Notes under the pieces: generated by a model
What the model was told of the DNA's origin: nothing
Database searches by the model: none
The model's input: only the letters and a program-made list of their open reading frames with translations
Assembly (NCBI GenBank): GCA_902601455.1
Contig: CACKNC010000001.1
Location: forward strand, 32,240 to 96,239
From: an uncultured Alphaproteobacteria bacterium
GTDB lineage: Bacteria > Pseudomonadota > Alphaproteobacteria > HIMB59 > GCA-002718135
Direction: 5' to 3'
Length of the DNA stretch: 64,000 nucleotides
Made by a program: the position numbers and the translations under genes
Part shown: positions 34,423 to 44,381 of the stretch, in pieces
Position numbering within the stretch: the first letter of the stretch is position 1
Layout of the letters: the number at the start of each line of letters is the position of its first letter

Positions 34423-35429
34423 ATAATTCTATAGAAACTAATAGAATAGTTACTGGTTCTTTATTTATCATAGCTAGTATTGCTGTTGCATTTATTTTGA
34501 ATTTTGCGCAACCATTTTTAGTTCCTCTTGTCATTGCTCTTTTAATTAGAATTTTAATTGACCCAATTATTGATTATCAGATTAATTTTTTACGTATTCA
34601 TAGAGTCGTAGCTGTTTTTGTTAGTCTTTGTTTAATAATTTTTTTATTTATTATAATTGTTCCTTTTATTGGATCTTCAGTTATTACTTTTTTACAATCT
34701 GCTGATGATTACAACAATAAAGTTTTAATATTAATCGATTTAAGCATATCAAAATTAAAAGAATTTAATATTGAAATTGATAGAGAAACTATCAGAAACT
34801 CACTCAATGACTTACCTCTTTTAGATTGGGCTTCTGCTATTTTAAGTAATAGTGCAAATTTTATATCAAAGTTTGTTTTAGTAATTATTATGACACTATT
34901 TTTGCTCTTGGGAAAAAAATCTGTAAACACTTCACTGGAATGGAATGATATTATTGGACATATTAAAAAATATATTTTTACAAAATTTATAACATCAGCA
35001 ATAACGGGTGTTATAGCGGGATTAATTTATTGGTTTTTAGGTTTGGAACTTGCTTTTATTTTTGGTTCCTTAACTTTTATATTAAATTTTATTCCTGTTG
35101 TTGGTTCTATTATTGCCGTTTTGCTTCCAATACCTATTGCTGTACTTCAGTATGGAGATCTCTCATCTGTATTATTAATAATTTTTTTACCAGCCTTTTT
35201 TCATCAAATTATTGGAAATGTAATTGAGCCAAAAATATTTGGAGATGCTTTTGGCCTTCATCCAATCACAATAATTTTATCATTAATTTTTTGGGGTATG
35301 ATATGGGGAATCATTGGGGTTTTATTAGCAGCTCCTTTAACTGCAATCATAAGAGTTACTTTTGAAAGATTTGAGTCCACAAAACAAATAGCACGATTAT
35401 TAGAAGGCAAAATTCATCTAAAAAATTAA
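34419..35429 (+). CDS. AI-2E family transporter (PerM/UPF0118)
   Basis: 336 aa, polytopic. LNFIPVVGSIIAVLLPIPIA and VIEPKIFGDAFGLHP are typical of the family. 4-nt overlap with mscS. Confidence 0.75.
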   Translation: MNNSIETNRIVTGSLFIIASIAVAFILNFAQPFLVPLVIALLIRILIDPIIDYQINFLRIHRVVAVFVSLCLIIFLFIIIVPFIGSSVITFLQSADDYNNKVLILIDLSISKLKEFNIEIDRETIRNSLNDLPLLDWASAILSNSANFISKFVLVIIMTLFLLLGKKSVNTSLEWNDIIGHIKKYIFTKFITSAITGVIAGLIYWFLGLELAFIFGSLTFILNFIPVVGSIIAVLLPIPIAVLQYGDLSSVLLIIFLPAFFHQIIGNVIEPKIFGDAFGLHPITIILSLIFWGMIWGIIGVLLAAPLTAIIRVTFERFESTKQIARLLEGKIHLKN

Positions 35430-35430
35430 A

Positions 35431-35904
35431 TTATTTTAATATTTCTTTTGCTACATCATAACTAAAACCAGCTCTCGCCATTCTAGATAGTTTCTTTTGA
35501 TAATCTATTTTATTGTCAAACAGATTTCTTTTTTTTGCAAATTTTAGTGCATTTTCTTTTTCTAGATTTTCATTATTTAAATAAAAAGCAGAAATTTGTT
35601 CGCTTACTAGCTCTTTGTTTACTCCCTTTTGAATTAGGTATTGTTTAATATAATGTTTTGATTTTGACTGATACTGAAGATTCTGTATTTTAGATTCTGT
35701 AAACAATTTATCATTTATTAGATTAAGGTTTTCTAACTTTTTTATTATGGGTTTAATTTCTTGATAAAGTTGGAATCTAATTTTTTTTTCATCACTTATT
35801 CTTTTTATTTTCTTTTTTAATATATACTCTAAATTTTTTTTACTTGAGGAATATTTACTCAAATAATAAATTGCATATTTTAATAATTTATCTTTATAAT
35901 CCAT
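35431..35904 (-). CDS. recX: RecX-like regulatory protein
   Basis: 157 aa, all-helical and basic. A..YLSKYSSSKKNLE..LKKK ... LINDKLF ... YLIQKGVNKELV ... GFSYDV follows the three-repeat RecX pattern. The call is by pattern only. Confidence 0.5.
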   Translation of the reverse strand: MDYKDKLLKYAIYYLSKYSSSKKNLEYILKKKIKRISDEKKIRFQLYQEIKPIIKKLENLNLINDKLFTESKIQNLQYQSKSKHYIKQYLIQKGVNKELVSEQISAFYLNNENLEKENALKFAKKRNLFDNKIDYQKKLSRMARAGFSYDVAKEILK

Positions 35905-35947
35905 TTATTATAATTATATCTTAAATAAATTTAAAAAATAATACACC

Positions 35948-36718
35948 ATGTTTTATTATAATTATTTATGTGTCTTTACTTTATTTAAAAAAGAGGTTTT
36001 CAGATTCTTAAAAGTTGGTATCCAAACCATAATTGGTCCTGCAATAAGCTCTTTATTGTTTTTAGCAGTATTTTCTCTTGCTCTAGGAAGATCAGTTAAT
36101 CAAATCAATAATGTTAATCTATCACAATTTATTGCTCCTGGACTTATAATGATGACTATGCTTCAAAATTCATTTGCAAATGCTGCATCAAGTATTGGTC
36201 AATCTAAATTTCAAGGTAATATAGTTGATATCTTAATGGCACCATTATCAAATTATGAACTTGCTGTTGGTTATATATTTGGAGCTATTGCAAGAGGTAT
36301 AATTTGTGGTTTAGTTACTTACTTTGGTATTCTTTTTTTTCTTCCACTAAGTATATACTCATACTCTGCTCTCTTATTTTATTCATTTATGGGATGTTTT
36401 ATGATGGGCAGTATGGGTACCATTGTTGGAATATGGGCTGATAAATGGGATCAACAACAAGGTATTACAAATTTTATTGTTTTGCCTCTAACTTTTTTAT
36501 CAGGAACATTCTATTCTATTTCAAGGTTACCAGAATTTTGGCAAAATTTCGCATTATTCAACCCTTTTTTTTATAATATCGATGGTTTTAGGTACGCCTT
36601 CATTGGACAGTCGGATGGTCAGTTATTGATAGGGGGTATTATTCTAATTATTTTAAATTTTAGTTTATTTTTTTTATGTTACTTAATGTTTGAAAAAGGT
36701 TACAAATTAAAATCTTAA
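35948..36718 (+). CDS. ABC-2 type transporter permease (YadH-like)
   Basis: 256 aa with 6 predicted TM segments and ABC-2 membrane-domain-like sequence (FIAPGLIMMTMLQNSF...). No ATPase gene is adjacent. Confidence 0.6.
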   Translation: MFYYNYLCVFTLFKKEVFRFLKVGIQTIIGPAISSLLFLAVFSLALGRSVNQINNVNLSQFIAPGLIMMTMLQNSFANAASSIGQSKFQGNIVDILMAPLSNYELAVGYIFGAIARGIICGLVTYFGILFFLPLSIYSYSALLFYSFMGCFMMGSMGTIVGIWADKWDQQQGITNFIVLPLTFLSGTFYSISRLPEFWQNFALFNPFFYNIDGFRYAFIGQSDGQLLIGGIILIILNFSLFFLCYLMFEKGYKLKS

Positions 36719-36727
36719 AAAATATTT

Positions 36728-37903
36728 ATGGAAAATTCTTCTAAAAGTAACATTATGCCTACTTATGGTGATAGAGATTTAGTATTTTCAAAAGGTAAAG
36801 GATGTTATTTGTATACACATACTGGACAAAAATATTTAGATTTTGCAGGAGGTATTGCAGTTAATTCACTCGGTCATTGTCATCCAAAATTAGTAAATGT
36901 TCTAAAAAAACAGTCAGAAATTCTTTGGCACTCATCAAATTTATATAAAAATAAAAACCAAGAATTATTTGCAAAAGAACTTTGTAAAAAAACATTTGCA
37001 GATAAAGTTTTTTTTACAAACTCAGGTGCTGAAGCAATTGAATGCGGTTTAAAAGTTGTGAAAAGTTATTGGAATTTAAAAGATAAAAGAAAAAAAAATA
37101 TAATTACTTTTAAGGGTGCCTTTCATGGAAGAACCTTTGCTGCTTTGTCTGCTCAAAAAAATAAAAAATATTCAGAAGGTTTTACCCCTCTACTCCAAGG
37201 GTTTAAAAATATAATATTCAACGATTTAATAGAATTAGATAAAAGTATAAATAGTGAAACTGCAGCTATTTTAATTGAGCCTATTCAGGGAGAGGGAGGT
37301 ATTCGTCCTGCTTCTCTCAATTTTTTAAAACATATAAGAGAAGTTTGTGATAAAAATGATATTCTTTTTTTTCTAGATGAAGTGCAGTCAGGTTTTGGTA
37401 GATCTGGGAAACTATATGCTTATGAGTGGGCAAAGATTAAACCAGATATTCTTGCAACTGCAAAAGGAATTGGCTCCGGTTTTCCTCTAGGAGCTTGCTT
37501 AGCAACAAATGAAGCATGTAAAGGTATGGTTAAAGGAAAACATGGATCAACTTACGGTGGTAATCCACTAGCTGTAGCTGTTGGTAGAGAAGTTTTAAAA
37601 ATAATTTCTGAAAAAAAATTTTTGAAAAATGTAGACTCAATATCAAGATATTTCTGGAATAAATTAAAAAAATTACAGAAAAACCATAATGAAATAATTG
37701 ATATTAGAGGTGCAGGTTTATTACTTGGTATCAAAACTCGTAAAAATAATGTAATGATAGCTGATCTATTAAAAAATCAAAAGTTATTGAGTGTTCCAGC
37801 TGCAGATAATGTAATAAGACTAGCTCCGCCATTAATAATAGCTAAAAACCATGTTGATAAGGCAATTAAAATCCTTGATAAAACTTTTAATAAATTAAAA
37901 TGA
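36728..37903 (+). CDS. argD: Acetylornithine aminotransferase
   Basis: Class III aminotransferase motifs GHCHP, FTNSGAEAIE, DEVQSGFGRSG and TAKGIGSGFPLGA. It is followed by argF. Confidence 0.85.
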   Translation: MENSSKSNIMPTYGDRDLVFSKGKGCYLYTHTGQKYLDFAGGIAVNSLGHCHPKLVNVLKKQSEILWHSSNLYKNKNQELFAKELCKKTFADKVFFTNSGAEAIECGLKVVKSYWNLKDKRKKNIITFKGAFHGRTFAALSAQKNKKYSEGFTPLLQGFKNIIFNDLIELDKSINSETAAILIEPIQGEGGIRPASLNFLKHIREVCDKNDILFFLDEVQSGFGRSGKLYAYEWAKIKPDILATAKGIGSGFPLGACLATNEACKGMVKGKHGSTYGGNPLAVAVGREVLKIISEKKFLKNVDSISRYFWNKLKKLQKNHNEIIDIRGAGLLLGIKTRKNNVMIADLLKNQKLLSVPAADNVIRLAPPLIIAKNHVDKAIKILDKTFNKLK

Positions 37904-38784
37904 AACATTTTATTGATATTTCTGATTTCACTTCAATAAAACTAGATAAAATTTTAATTAAGGCAAAACATATAAAAAAAAATCCAGAAAAATTTTCTAA
38001 TAAATGTAAAAATAAAACTTTAGGTATGATTTTGCAAAAAGAATCTACAAGAACAAGAGTTAGTTTCACTGTAGGCTTCCAAAAATTAGGAGGAAACTCA
38101 CTTGAATTAAATAGCAGTTCAATTGGATTTGGAAAAAGAGAGAGCTCTGAAGATATTCTTAAAACTCTATCACAGTATATAGATTTATTAGTAATTAGAA
38201 ATAATGATCACAAAGTTATTAAAAAACTAAGCTCTTTAAATGCTTTACCAATTATTAATGGATTATCTGATTATAGTCATCCATGTCAAATTCTATCAGA
38301 TATGCTGACTATAAATGAAACAATAGGCAACATAAGCAATAAGCAAATTACCTGGATTGGTGATTACAATAATGTTTTAAGATCTCTTATTGAGTTACAA
38401 AATTTATATGGATTTAAACTTAATATTGTGCTCCCAAGAGAAATATTGCAAAAAAATAAATTCAAAATTAAAAAACTACTTAATAAAAAAACTACTTTTA
38501 CTCATTTAATAAGAGAAGGAATTAAATATGCTGATTGTGTTATGACTGATACTTGGATATCGATGGGAGAAAAAACTCTTAAGAAAAAATATTTCAAAAA
38601 TTATCAAGTAAATTCTATGGTCATGAAACTTGCATCTAAAGATGCTATTTTTATGCACTGCTTACCAGCTCATAGAAACGAAGAAGTTTCTTCAGAACTT
38701 CTAGATAGTAAAAGATCAGTTATTTGGCAACAAGCAAAAAACAGAATGTTCGTTCAACAAGCTATAGCTTTGGATTTATTATGA
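37900..38784 (+). CDS. argF: Ornithine carbamoyltransferase
   Basis: STRTRVSF, HPCQ, DTWISMGE (OTC-specific) and HCLPA. Confidence 0.85.
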   Translation: MKHFIDISDFTSIKLDKILIKAKHIKKNPEKFSNKCKNKTLGMILQKESTRTRVSFTVGFQKLGGNSLELNSSSIGFGKRESSEDILKTLSQYIDLLVIRNNDHKVIKKLSSLNALPIINGLSDYSHPCQILSDMLTINETIGNISNKQITWIGDYNNVLRSLIELQNLYGFKLNIVLPREILQKNKFKIKKLLNKKTTFTHLIREGIKYADCVMTDTWISMGEKTLKKKYFKNYQVNSMVMKLASKDAIFMHCLPAHRNEEVSSELLDSKRSVIWQQAKNRMFVQQAIALDLL

Positions 38785-39350
38785 AAAAATTAAAAATTAT
38801 TTTATTATTTTTGTTTTTTATTTTAGCCTGTCAACCTATTGAGCAAATTGATAAAATTGTTTTTGATAATAATCAATTTGCGAATTTTAATATATTATCA
38901 TCTTCTGTTGAAATTGATGAGATTTTTGAAAAAAAAATATCTGAACCGTTTATCGGTTATACATTGCCAATAGACCCCTCACAAAGAATTGTTAATTGGG
39001 TAAATAGTAACTTTAAACCAATAGGTAATGAAAATATTTTTATTGTTTCAATTTTAGATGCATCAATAACACAAATAGAGTTTGAAAATAAACTTGCAAA
39101 AAATTTTGATGAAAAAAATAATTATAAATATGAATTATTTTATTTGTTAGAATTTAATTTGTTTGATGACTCAAAAAATTTAATTGCTTCAACATTGGTT
39201 GAAATATCTAGATCGACTACATCAGGAATGTATATTTCCATTCAAGAAAAGGAAAAAATTATTGATGATTTAATTTATCAAGGTCTTGCTGATGTGTCCA
39301 TGGAGACAAAAAAACAGCTTACTAGTTATATGGAAAACTATATATTATAA
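38781..39350 (+). CDS. Hypothetical lipoprotein
   Basis: The start at MKKLKIILLFLFFILAC (lipobox LAC) overlaps the argF stop (ATGA). The track ORF start at 38724 lies inside argF. Confidence 0.5.
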   Translation: MKKLKIILLFLFFILACQPIEQIDKIVFDNNQFANFNILSSSVEIDEIFEKKISEPFIGYTLPIDPSQRIVNWVNSNFKPIGNENIFIVSILDASITQIEFENKLAKNFDEKNNYKYELFYLLEFNLFDDSKNLIASTLVEISRSTTSGMYISIQEKEKIIDDLIYQGLADVSMETKKQLTSYMENYIL

Positions 39351-40799
39351 TTATTTTTTCCAAAAATTCTTTGAAAATAAAACTAAAATTGTAAAAATCT
39401 CTAGCCTGCCAAATATCATTGTAATAGCTAGAATCCATTTTGCTATACTATTTATTGATGAATAATTTCCATTTGGTCCAATTATATCACCAATGCCTGG
39501 ACCTACATTAGATATAGCTGATGCTGATGCTGATAAAGCTGTTAAAAAATCAATATTACACAAGCTCAAAGTAACTGCAGAAAAAATAAATAGTAAAACG
39601 TATATAAAGAAAAAACTAATGATTGAAGTGTATGTATTTTCAGTGACAGTTTTATTATTAAATTTCATTAAAAAAACAGCATGAGGTTGAGTAAGTTTTT
39701 TAATTTGTAGTCTCACCCCTCTAAATAGAATTTGAAAACGAAATATTTTAATACCACCTGTTGTAGATCCAGCGCATCCTCCTATGAACATAATCATCAA
39801 AATTATAACCAAGCCAAAGCTTCCCCAATTATTATAATTTGAAGAAGTGTAACCAGTACCAGTTAGAATAGATGTAATATTAAATGTAGCTAGTCTTAAT
39901 GCCTCAAATAAATCAATATTTAAATACCTGGTTAACCAAAATGAAGTTATTAAAATAATTAGGATTAATAAAATCAAAAAAAGTTTTATTTGATCGTCCT
40001 TAAAAATAGAAAATTTTTGTCCATGAATAAATTGAATAAATATTACAAATGGCAAGCTCCCTAAAATCATAAAGACAATAGATATATTCTCTAAAGAATA
40101 CGATTTAAAATACCCAAAAGATAAGTTGTGATTAGAAAATCCTCCAGTTGAGATAGTTGTCATGCAGTGTATTAAGGCTTCAAATGCAGTCATTCCAAAA
40201 ATATAATAAAAAAAGAAACATAAAGTCGTTAAGCTCAAATAAAGACTAATAATTTCAATAATAAATTTATTTATCTTAGGTAAGGTTTTCTCATATGGAT
40301 CATCATGTTCCATGTGTAATAGTTGCATTCCTCCAATCTGCAGAGTTGGCAGTATTGCTACAGCAAGTACAATTATTCCTATACCCCCAAACCATTGTAA
40401 TAATGATCGCCATACGAGTACTCCTTCAGATAGATTTTCTAAATTAGATATAACTGTTGAGCCAGTAGTAGTAATTCCACTAACAGCTTCAAAGAATGCA
40501 TCAGTGAAACTTAAAGATGAACTTGTATAAACAAATGGTAAAGATCCAAAAAAAGCAATTAGGATCCAAGATACAATTGTTAATAAAAACGCCTGTCTCA
40601 GATTGATTTTAATATTCTCTCTCTTAAAACCCACATATAAAACCAGACCAATAAAAAATGTTAAGCAACTTATATAAAAAAATTGTTTCCAATCTTGATT
40701 ATTATTTAATAAATCAAAAAACATTGGAATCAATAAAGCAACTGACTCTATACAGAGTAACAAGCCTAGTATGTTGAAAATTGGGCGAAAATCTCGCAT
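39351..40799 (-). CDS. trkH: Potassium uptake protein TrkH
   Basis: 482 aa, polytopic, with repeated pore-loop motifs (TTTG, STGG, GTGY, NVGPG). Confidence 0.85.
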   Translation of the reverse strand: MRDFRPIFNILGLLLCIESVALLIPMFFDLLNNNQDWKQFFYISCLTFFIGLVLYVGFKRENIKINLRQAFLLTIVSWILIAFFGSLPFVYTSSSLSFTDAFFEAVSGITTTGSTVISNLENLSEGVLVWRSLLQWFGGIGIIVLAVAILPTLQIGGMQLLHMEHDDPYEKTLPKINKFIIEIISLYLSLTTLCFFFYYIFGMTAFEALIHCMTTISTGGFSNHNLSFGYFKSYSLENISIVFMILGSLPFVIFIQFIHGQKFSIFKDDQIKLFLILLILIILITSFWLTRYLNIDLFEALRLATFNITSILTGTGYTSSNYNNWGSFGLVIILMIMFIGGCAGSTTGGIKIFRFQILFRGVRLQIKKLTQPHAVFLMKFNNKTVTENTYTSIISFFFIYVLLFIFSAVTLSLCNIDFLTALSASASAISNVGPGIGDIIGPNGNYSSINSIAKWILAITMIFGRLEIFTILVLFSKNFWKK

Positions 40800-40811
40800 T
40801 AATTTATTTTT

Positions 40812-41204
40812 TTAATTTAAGTTATTTTTAATAAAAGGGCTATCAAGGGAAAATTGAGGAATTATTACTTCAAATTTCTTACCTGATTTTGTTTCCATTA
40901 TATAATGCCCGCCCATAAAACCAGAAGGTGTTGATAAAGGTGTACCGCTCGTGTATTCAAATTTTTCACCAGGATTTAAAATAGGTTGCTCTCCAACTAC
41001 ACCCTCTCCTTTTACTTCTTGCTCTGAACCATTTGAGTCTATTATTTTCCAGTATCTATTTTTAAGCTGCACTTTTTCACTTCCTTGATTATCGATTGTA
41101 ACTTGATAAGCCCATACGAAGTGTTGTTCATCTGGTTCTGACTGGTCATCTAAAAAATACGGATTGACGGTAATATTAATTTTTCTTGTTTTTTTGGAAT
41201 ACAT
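40812..41204 (-). CDS. apaG: ApaG (DUF525) protein
   Basis: F.WAY.V.I.N.G...VQL..R.W.I.D.NG....V.GEGVVG.QP.L.PGE.F.Y.S; 130 aa. Confidence 0.8.
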   Translation of the reverse strand: MYSKKTRKINITVNPYFLDDQSEPDEQHFVWAYQVTIDNQGSEKVQLKNRYWKIIDSNGSEQEVKGEGVVGEQPILNPGEKFEYTSGTPLSTPSGFMGGHYIMETKSGKKFEVIIPQFSLDSPFIKNNLN

Positions 41205-41254
41205 AAAATATTATTTATGGAGTCCCATTATACCAAATCAATGTAAAGCAAAAG

Positions 41255-42190
41255 TTAATTTATTATTTTTACTTCAGCTCTCCTATTTACAGGATGTTTT
41301 GTATCATCAGGAGTGTCAATTAATAGATGATCCTCTCCTTTACCAACAATGGAAATATCATTAGCTACAATTCCATGATTTATTAAAGCATTTTTAACCG
41401 ACTCTGCACGTTTAATAGAGAGATCCATATTATATTGGCTTGTACCTTTTGTATCTGTATGACCAAAAATTATATATCTGTTTAGTTTCTTTTTATTTTT
41501 ATCTAAAAAATTAAATAATGTATTTTTACTAATTTCACTTAATTTTGAGTTATCAAAATCAAAATAAATAATTTGCATTACTTCTTTTTTTTCATTTTCT
41601 GTAACAATTACGACTTGAGGAGTTTTATGTTCTTTATCCTCTTTTTCAATTACCTTATTAACTTTTTTCTTTTTATCTTCTTCTTTTAAAAGGTTATAAA
41701 TATGATGCATTGCTCTATGAAAATCATTTTTGCATTTATCAATATCCCATGTTTGCCATTTTTCCTCTTCTTGTTCTGCCCAACAATCTAAAGAGCTTAT
41801 AGCTTCGGCAAGGTTTTTTGGATCTTTAACTATTGCTTCGTCATAAACAGATAATAAATTGTTATAACCTGATTGAATATCTTTCACAATTTCAGTTGGA
41901 AGCTTCCAATAAGTTATTTTTTCTGGATAAATATTTTCTCCACTGAGAGCTTTTAATGCCTTTTCTGAATAAAGTTTTGCAGAATTCCAGTCGTGCATTT
42001 TTTCTGCTTCAAAAGAAGCATTGATTTTATATTTATATAAAAGGTGTTGCTGAAAAGTTTTTGGGTTCTTTATATCTATTTCTTTAACTTGTTCATAAGC
42101 AGCAGAGCATGCCATAAGAAAAAATAGAGGTATTAATAAAATTAGTTTTAAAGCTTTCATCAGAATTTTCATATATGACCAAAATGTCAA
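41255..42190 (-). CDS. OmpA-domain lipoprotein
   Basis: The C-terminus GHTDTKGTSQYNMDLSIKRAESVKNAL...NRRAEV is an OmpA-like peptidoglycan-binding domain. N-terminal lipobox FFLMAC. The true start may be at 42172 or 42160. Confidence 0.7.
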   Translation of the reverse strand: MTFWSYMKILMKALKLILLIPLFFLMACSAAYEQVKEIDIKNPKTFQQHLLYKYKINASFEAEKMHDWNSAKLYSEKALKALSGENIYPEKITYWKLPTEIVKDIQSGYNNLLSVYDEAIVKDPKNLAEAISSLDCWAEQEEEKWQTWDIDKCKNDFHRAMHHIYNLLKEEDKKKKVNKVIEKEDKEHKTPQVVIVTENEKKEVMQIIYFDFDNSKLSEISKNTLFNFLDKNKKKLNRYIIFGHTDTKGTSQYNMDLSIKRAESVKNALINHGIVANDISIVGKGEDHLLIDTPDDTKHPVNRRAEVKIIN

Positions 42191-42322
42191 AAGTTAGGCT
42201 TAATTTAGTTTAATTTAAGCTTAACAAGCTCCCCAGTTTTTTTTATTTATAATGATTTTATTATTGCGTAGGAAAAGAAGTTTAGTTACCGCATTGGATA
42301 TATTTTTTATAAGGAGCTAAGC

Positions 42323-43660
42323 ATGATTAAACATGTTACATCAGTGGATCAATCAGACAGAAAGGTCCCATATAATCTAAGGCAGAGTGGTTCTACACCT
42401 GTACAAATGTTAATTTCTACACGAGTTAGAAAATCTCCATATTGGCATCTTTCTATGGAAGCTGGTTGTTGGAGAGCAACTGTTTATAATCGTATCTACC
42501 ACCCAAGAGGATATGTTAAGCCAGAAGATGGCGGGGCAATGGTTGAGTATGAGGCAATTAAAAATCACGTTACTATGTGGAACGTTGCAGTTGAAAGACA
42601 AATTCAAGTTAAGGGACCGGATGCGGAAGCTTTTACTGATTATGTCATCACCAGAGATGCAACGAAAATTTCTCCAATGAGAGCAAGATATGTAATTCTC
42701 TGTAATCAGTACGGAGGTGTTCTTAACGACCCGATATTGTTAAGAATTTCAAAAGATGAATTTTGGTTTAGTTTATCTGACAGTGACATTGGTTTATATC
42801 TTCAAGGCGTTAACCACGATAATAGGTTTGATGTTACTATTGATGAAATTGATGTTTCTCCTGTTCAGATACAGGGTCCAAAATCTCTTGCATTAATGAA
42901 AGATTTAATTGGCGATCAAGTAGAATTAGATAATATGCCATTTTATGGACTTGCTTCAGCTAAAGTAGGAGGTAGGGATTGTATAATATCACAATCAGGT
43001 TTCTCTGGAGAAGCGGGTTATGAGATTTATCTAAGAGACTCTACTTTATATGCTGATGATATGTGGAACGCTGTTCTTGAAGCAGGAAAAAAACACAATT
43101 TAATGGTTATTGCCCCTGCTCACCATAGAAGAATTCAAGCTGGTATATTGTCATGGGGTCAAGATATGGATAATCAACACAATCCTTTTCAGTGTAATTT
43201 AGGATATCAAGTCTCTTTATCAGGAAAAGGTGAGTGGAACAAAACTGCTGATTATGTTGGAAAAGAAGTTCTTGAGAAAATGAGAGATGATTTGAGAGCA
43301 GGAAATAAACCGTATCAATTACAGCTTGTTGGGTTATCCTTAGGTGGCAAACCAATTGAAGAATACGCCCCAGATTTTTGGTTAATTTCTGAAGATGGGA
43401 AAGATCCATGTGGCTTTATTACTTCACCTTGGTATCATCCAGAGCAAGGAAGAAATATTGCGATGGGATATGTACCATTTGATGGCTCATTGAGTAAAAA
43501 TGGTTTTCCTATTGGTAAGGTTGGGACTAAATATAAAGTTCATCTTCCTGATCAATACTGTGATACACCAGGTGTCCCTGTGGATGCTGAAGTAGTATCA
43601 GTGCCTTTCACTGAGTCTTTTAATGCTAATACAAGAGAAGTTTCAGGAGCAAACGAGTAA
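42323..43660 (+). CDS. Aminomethyltransferase (GcvT) family protein, DmdA-like tetrahydrofolate-dependent demethylase candidate
   Basis: V.VKGPDA..F......RD, GGVLNDPILLR, EFWFSLSDSD, VSPVQIQGPKS, SGFSGEAGYEIY and RRIQAGILSWGQDM. 445 aa. Confidence 0.7.
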   Translation: MIKHVTSVDQSDRKVPYNLRQSGSTPVQMLISTRVRKSPYWHLSMEAGCWRATVYNRIYHPRGYVKPEDGGAMVEYEAIKNHVTMWNVAVERQIQVKGPDAEAFTDYVITRDATKISPMRARYVILCNQYGGVLNDPILLRISKDEFWFSLSDSDIGLYLQGVNHDNRFDVTIDEIDVSPVQIQGPKSLALMKDLIGDQVELDNMPFYGLASAKVGGRDCIISQSGFSGEAGYEIYLRDSTLYADDMWNAVLEAGKKHNLMVIAPAHHRRIQAGILSWGQDMDNQHNPFQCNLGYQVSLSGKGEWNKTADYVGKEVLEKMRDDLRAGNKPYQLQLVGLSLGGKPIEEYAPDFWLISEDGKDPCGFITSPWYHPEQGRNIAMGYVPFDGSLSKNGFPIGKVGTKYKVHLPDQYCDTPGVPVDAEVVSVPFTESFNANTREVSGANE

Positions 43661-43674
43661 TTAAAATTAGATTT

Positions 43675-43704
43675 AAGCGCTTCTTTTTAGAGGCGCTTTA
43701 TTTT
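43675..43704 (+). terminator. Rho-independent terminator between the convergent GcvT-like and dsbA-like genes
   Basis: 10-bp stem AAGCGCTTCT / AGAGGCGCTT (one T-G pair), loop TTTT, followed by TATTTT. Confidence 0.55.
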
Positions 43705-44318
43705 AACATACTCTCTAACTTTTCTAAGGGGAGATAACCTCCTACAAATTCTTCATTAATAAATAAAGCTGGAGTCCCTCTAGCACCAGAGCCCATAGCT
43801 AAAAAGGAAGATAATTGCACGGTGTTATCAATTTCATCTTTACCCATATCAATCATAAGTTTAGTTTTATTAATTTGCGTTTTGTTAATAATTTGATCTA
43901 GTTTCTGCTGAGTTAAACTGCCTTTTACAGTAAATAAACCATGATGCAGATCCCATCCCTTACCTTGGAGATTTGCCGCAACAACCATTTTAGCTATTAG
44001 ATTTGAACTTTCACTTAATATTGGATGTTGAAGAAATATAACTCTCGTATCATCACGTTTTTCAACCACCGAAATAAGTTCAGAATGTATTTTTTTACAA
44101 TAACCACAAAAATAATCCATAAATTCAATGATTGTATTCTCAGCATCTTGAGGTCCAATGGCTATAATTGCACTCTCAGGAAGAGCATCTAAAACTTTAA
44201 GATAGTATGGCTTCGAGTCATCAAAAAATAATTCATTAAGAGTGATATCACTGGATAATACTTGCGTTGGGAGCATCAAAAATATAAACACAGAAATTTT
44301 TAGAAGATAATAACGCAT
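43698..44318 (-). CDS. DsbA-family thiol:disulfide oxidoreductase (periplasmic)
   Basis: Signal peptide, CxxC motif (FCGYCKK), and a C-terminal GTPALFIN cis-Pro loop region. Confidence 0.75.
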   Translation of the reverse strand: MRYYLLKISVFIFLMLPTQVLSSDITLNELFFDDSKPYYLKVLDALPESAIIAIGPQDAENTIIEFMDYFCGYCKKIHSELISVVEKRDDTRVIFLQHPILSESSNLIAKMVVAANLQGKGWDLHHGLFTVKGSLTQQKLDQIINKTQINKTKLMIDMGKDEIDNTVQLSSFLAMGSGARGTPALFINEEFVGGYLPLEKLESMLK

Positions 44319-44381
44319 GATTGACCCAATCTATTTAATATGATTTAGAAAGTACAGCATTTTTTTGGAGATTTAATTTTT

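Noticed and set aside
42191-42322. Possible riboswitch (SAM-V/SAM-II, glycine or THF type) upstream of the GcvT-like gene; also the hairpin GTTAGGCTTAA / TTAAGCTTAAC at 42193..42225
   Set aside because: I could not fit the spacer to any riboswitch consensus I know. Only short AT-rich stems are present. The hairpin lies in a divergent promoter region with no upstream gene to terminate. A covariance-model scan (Rfam/Infernal) would be needed to settle this.
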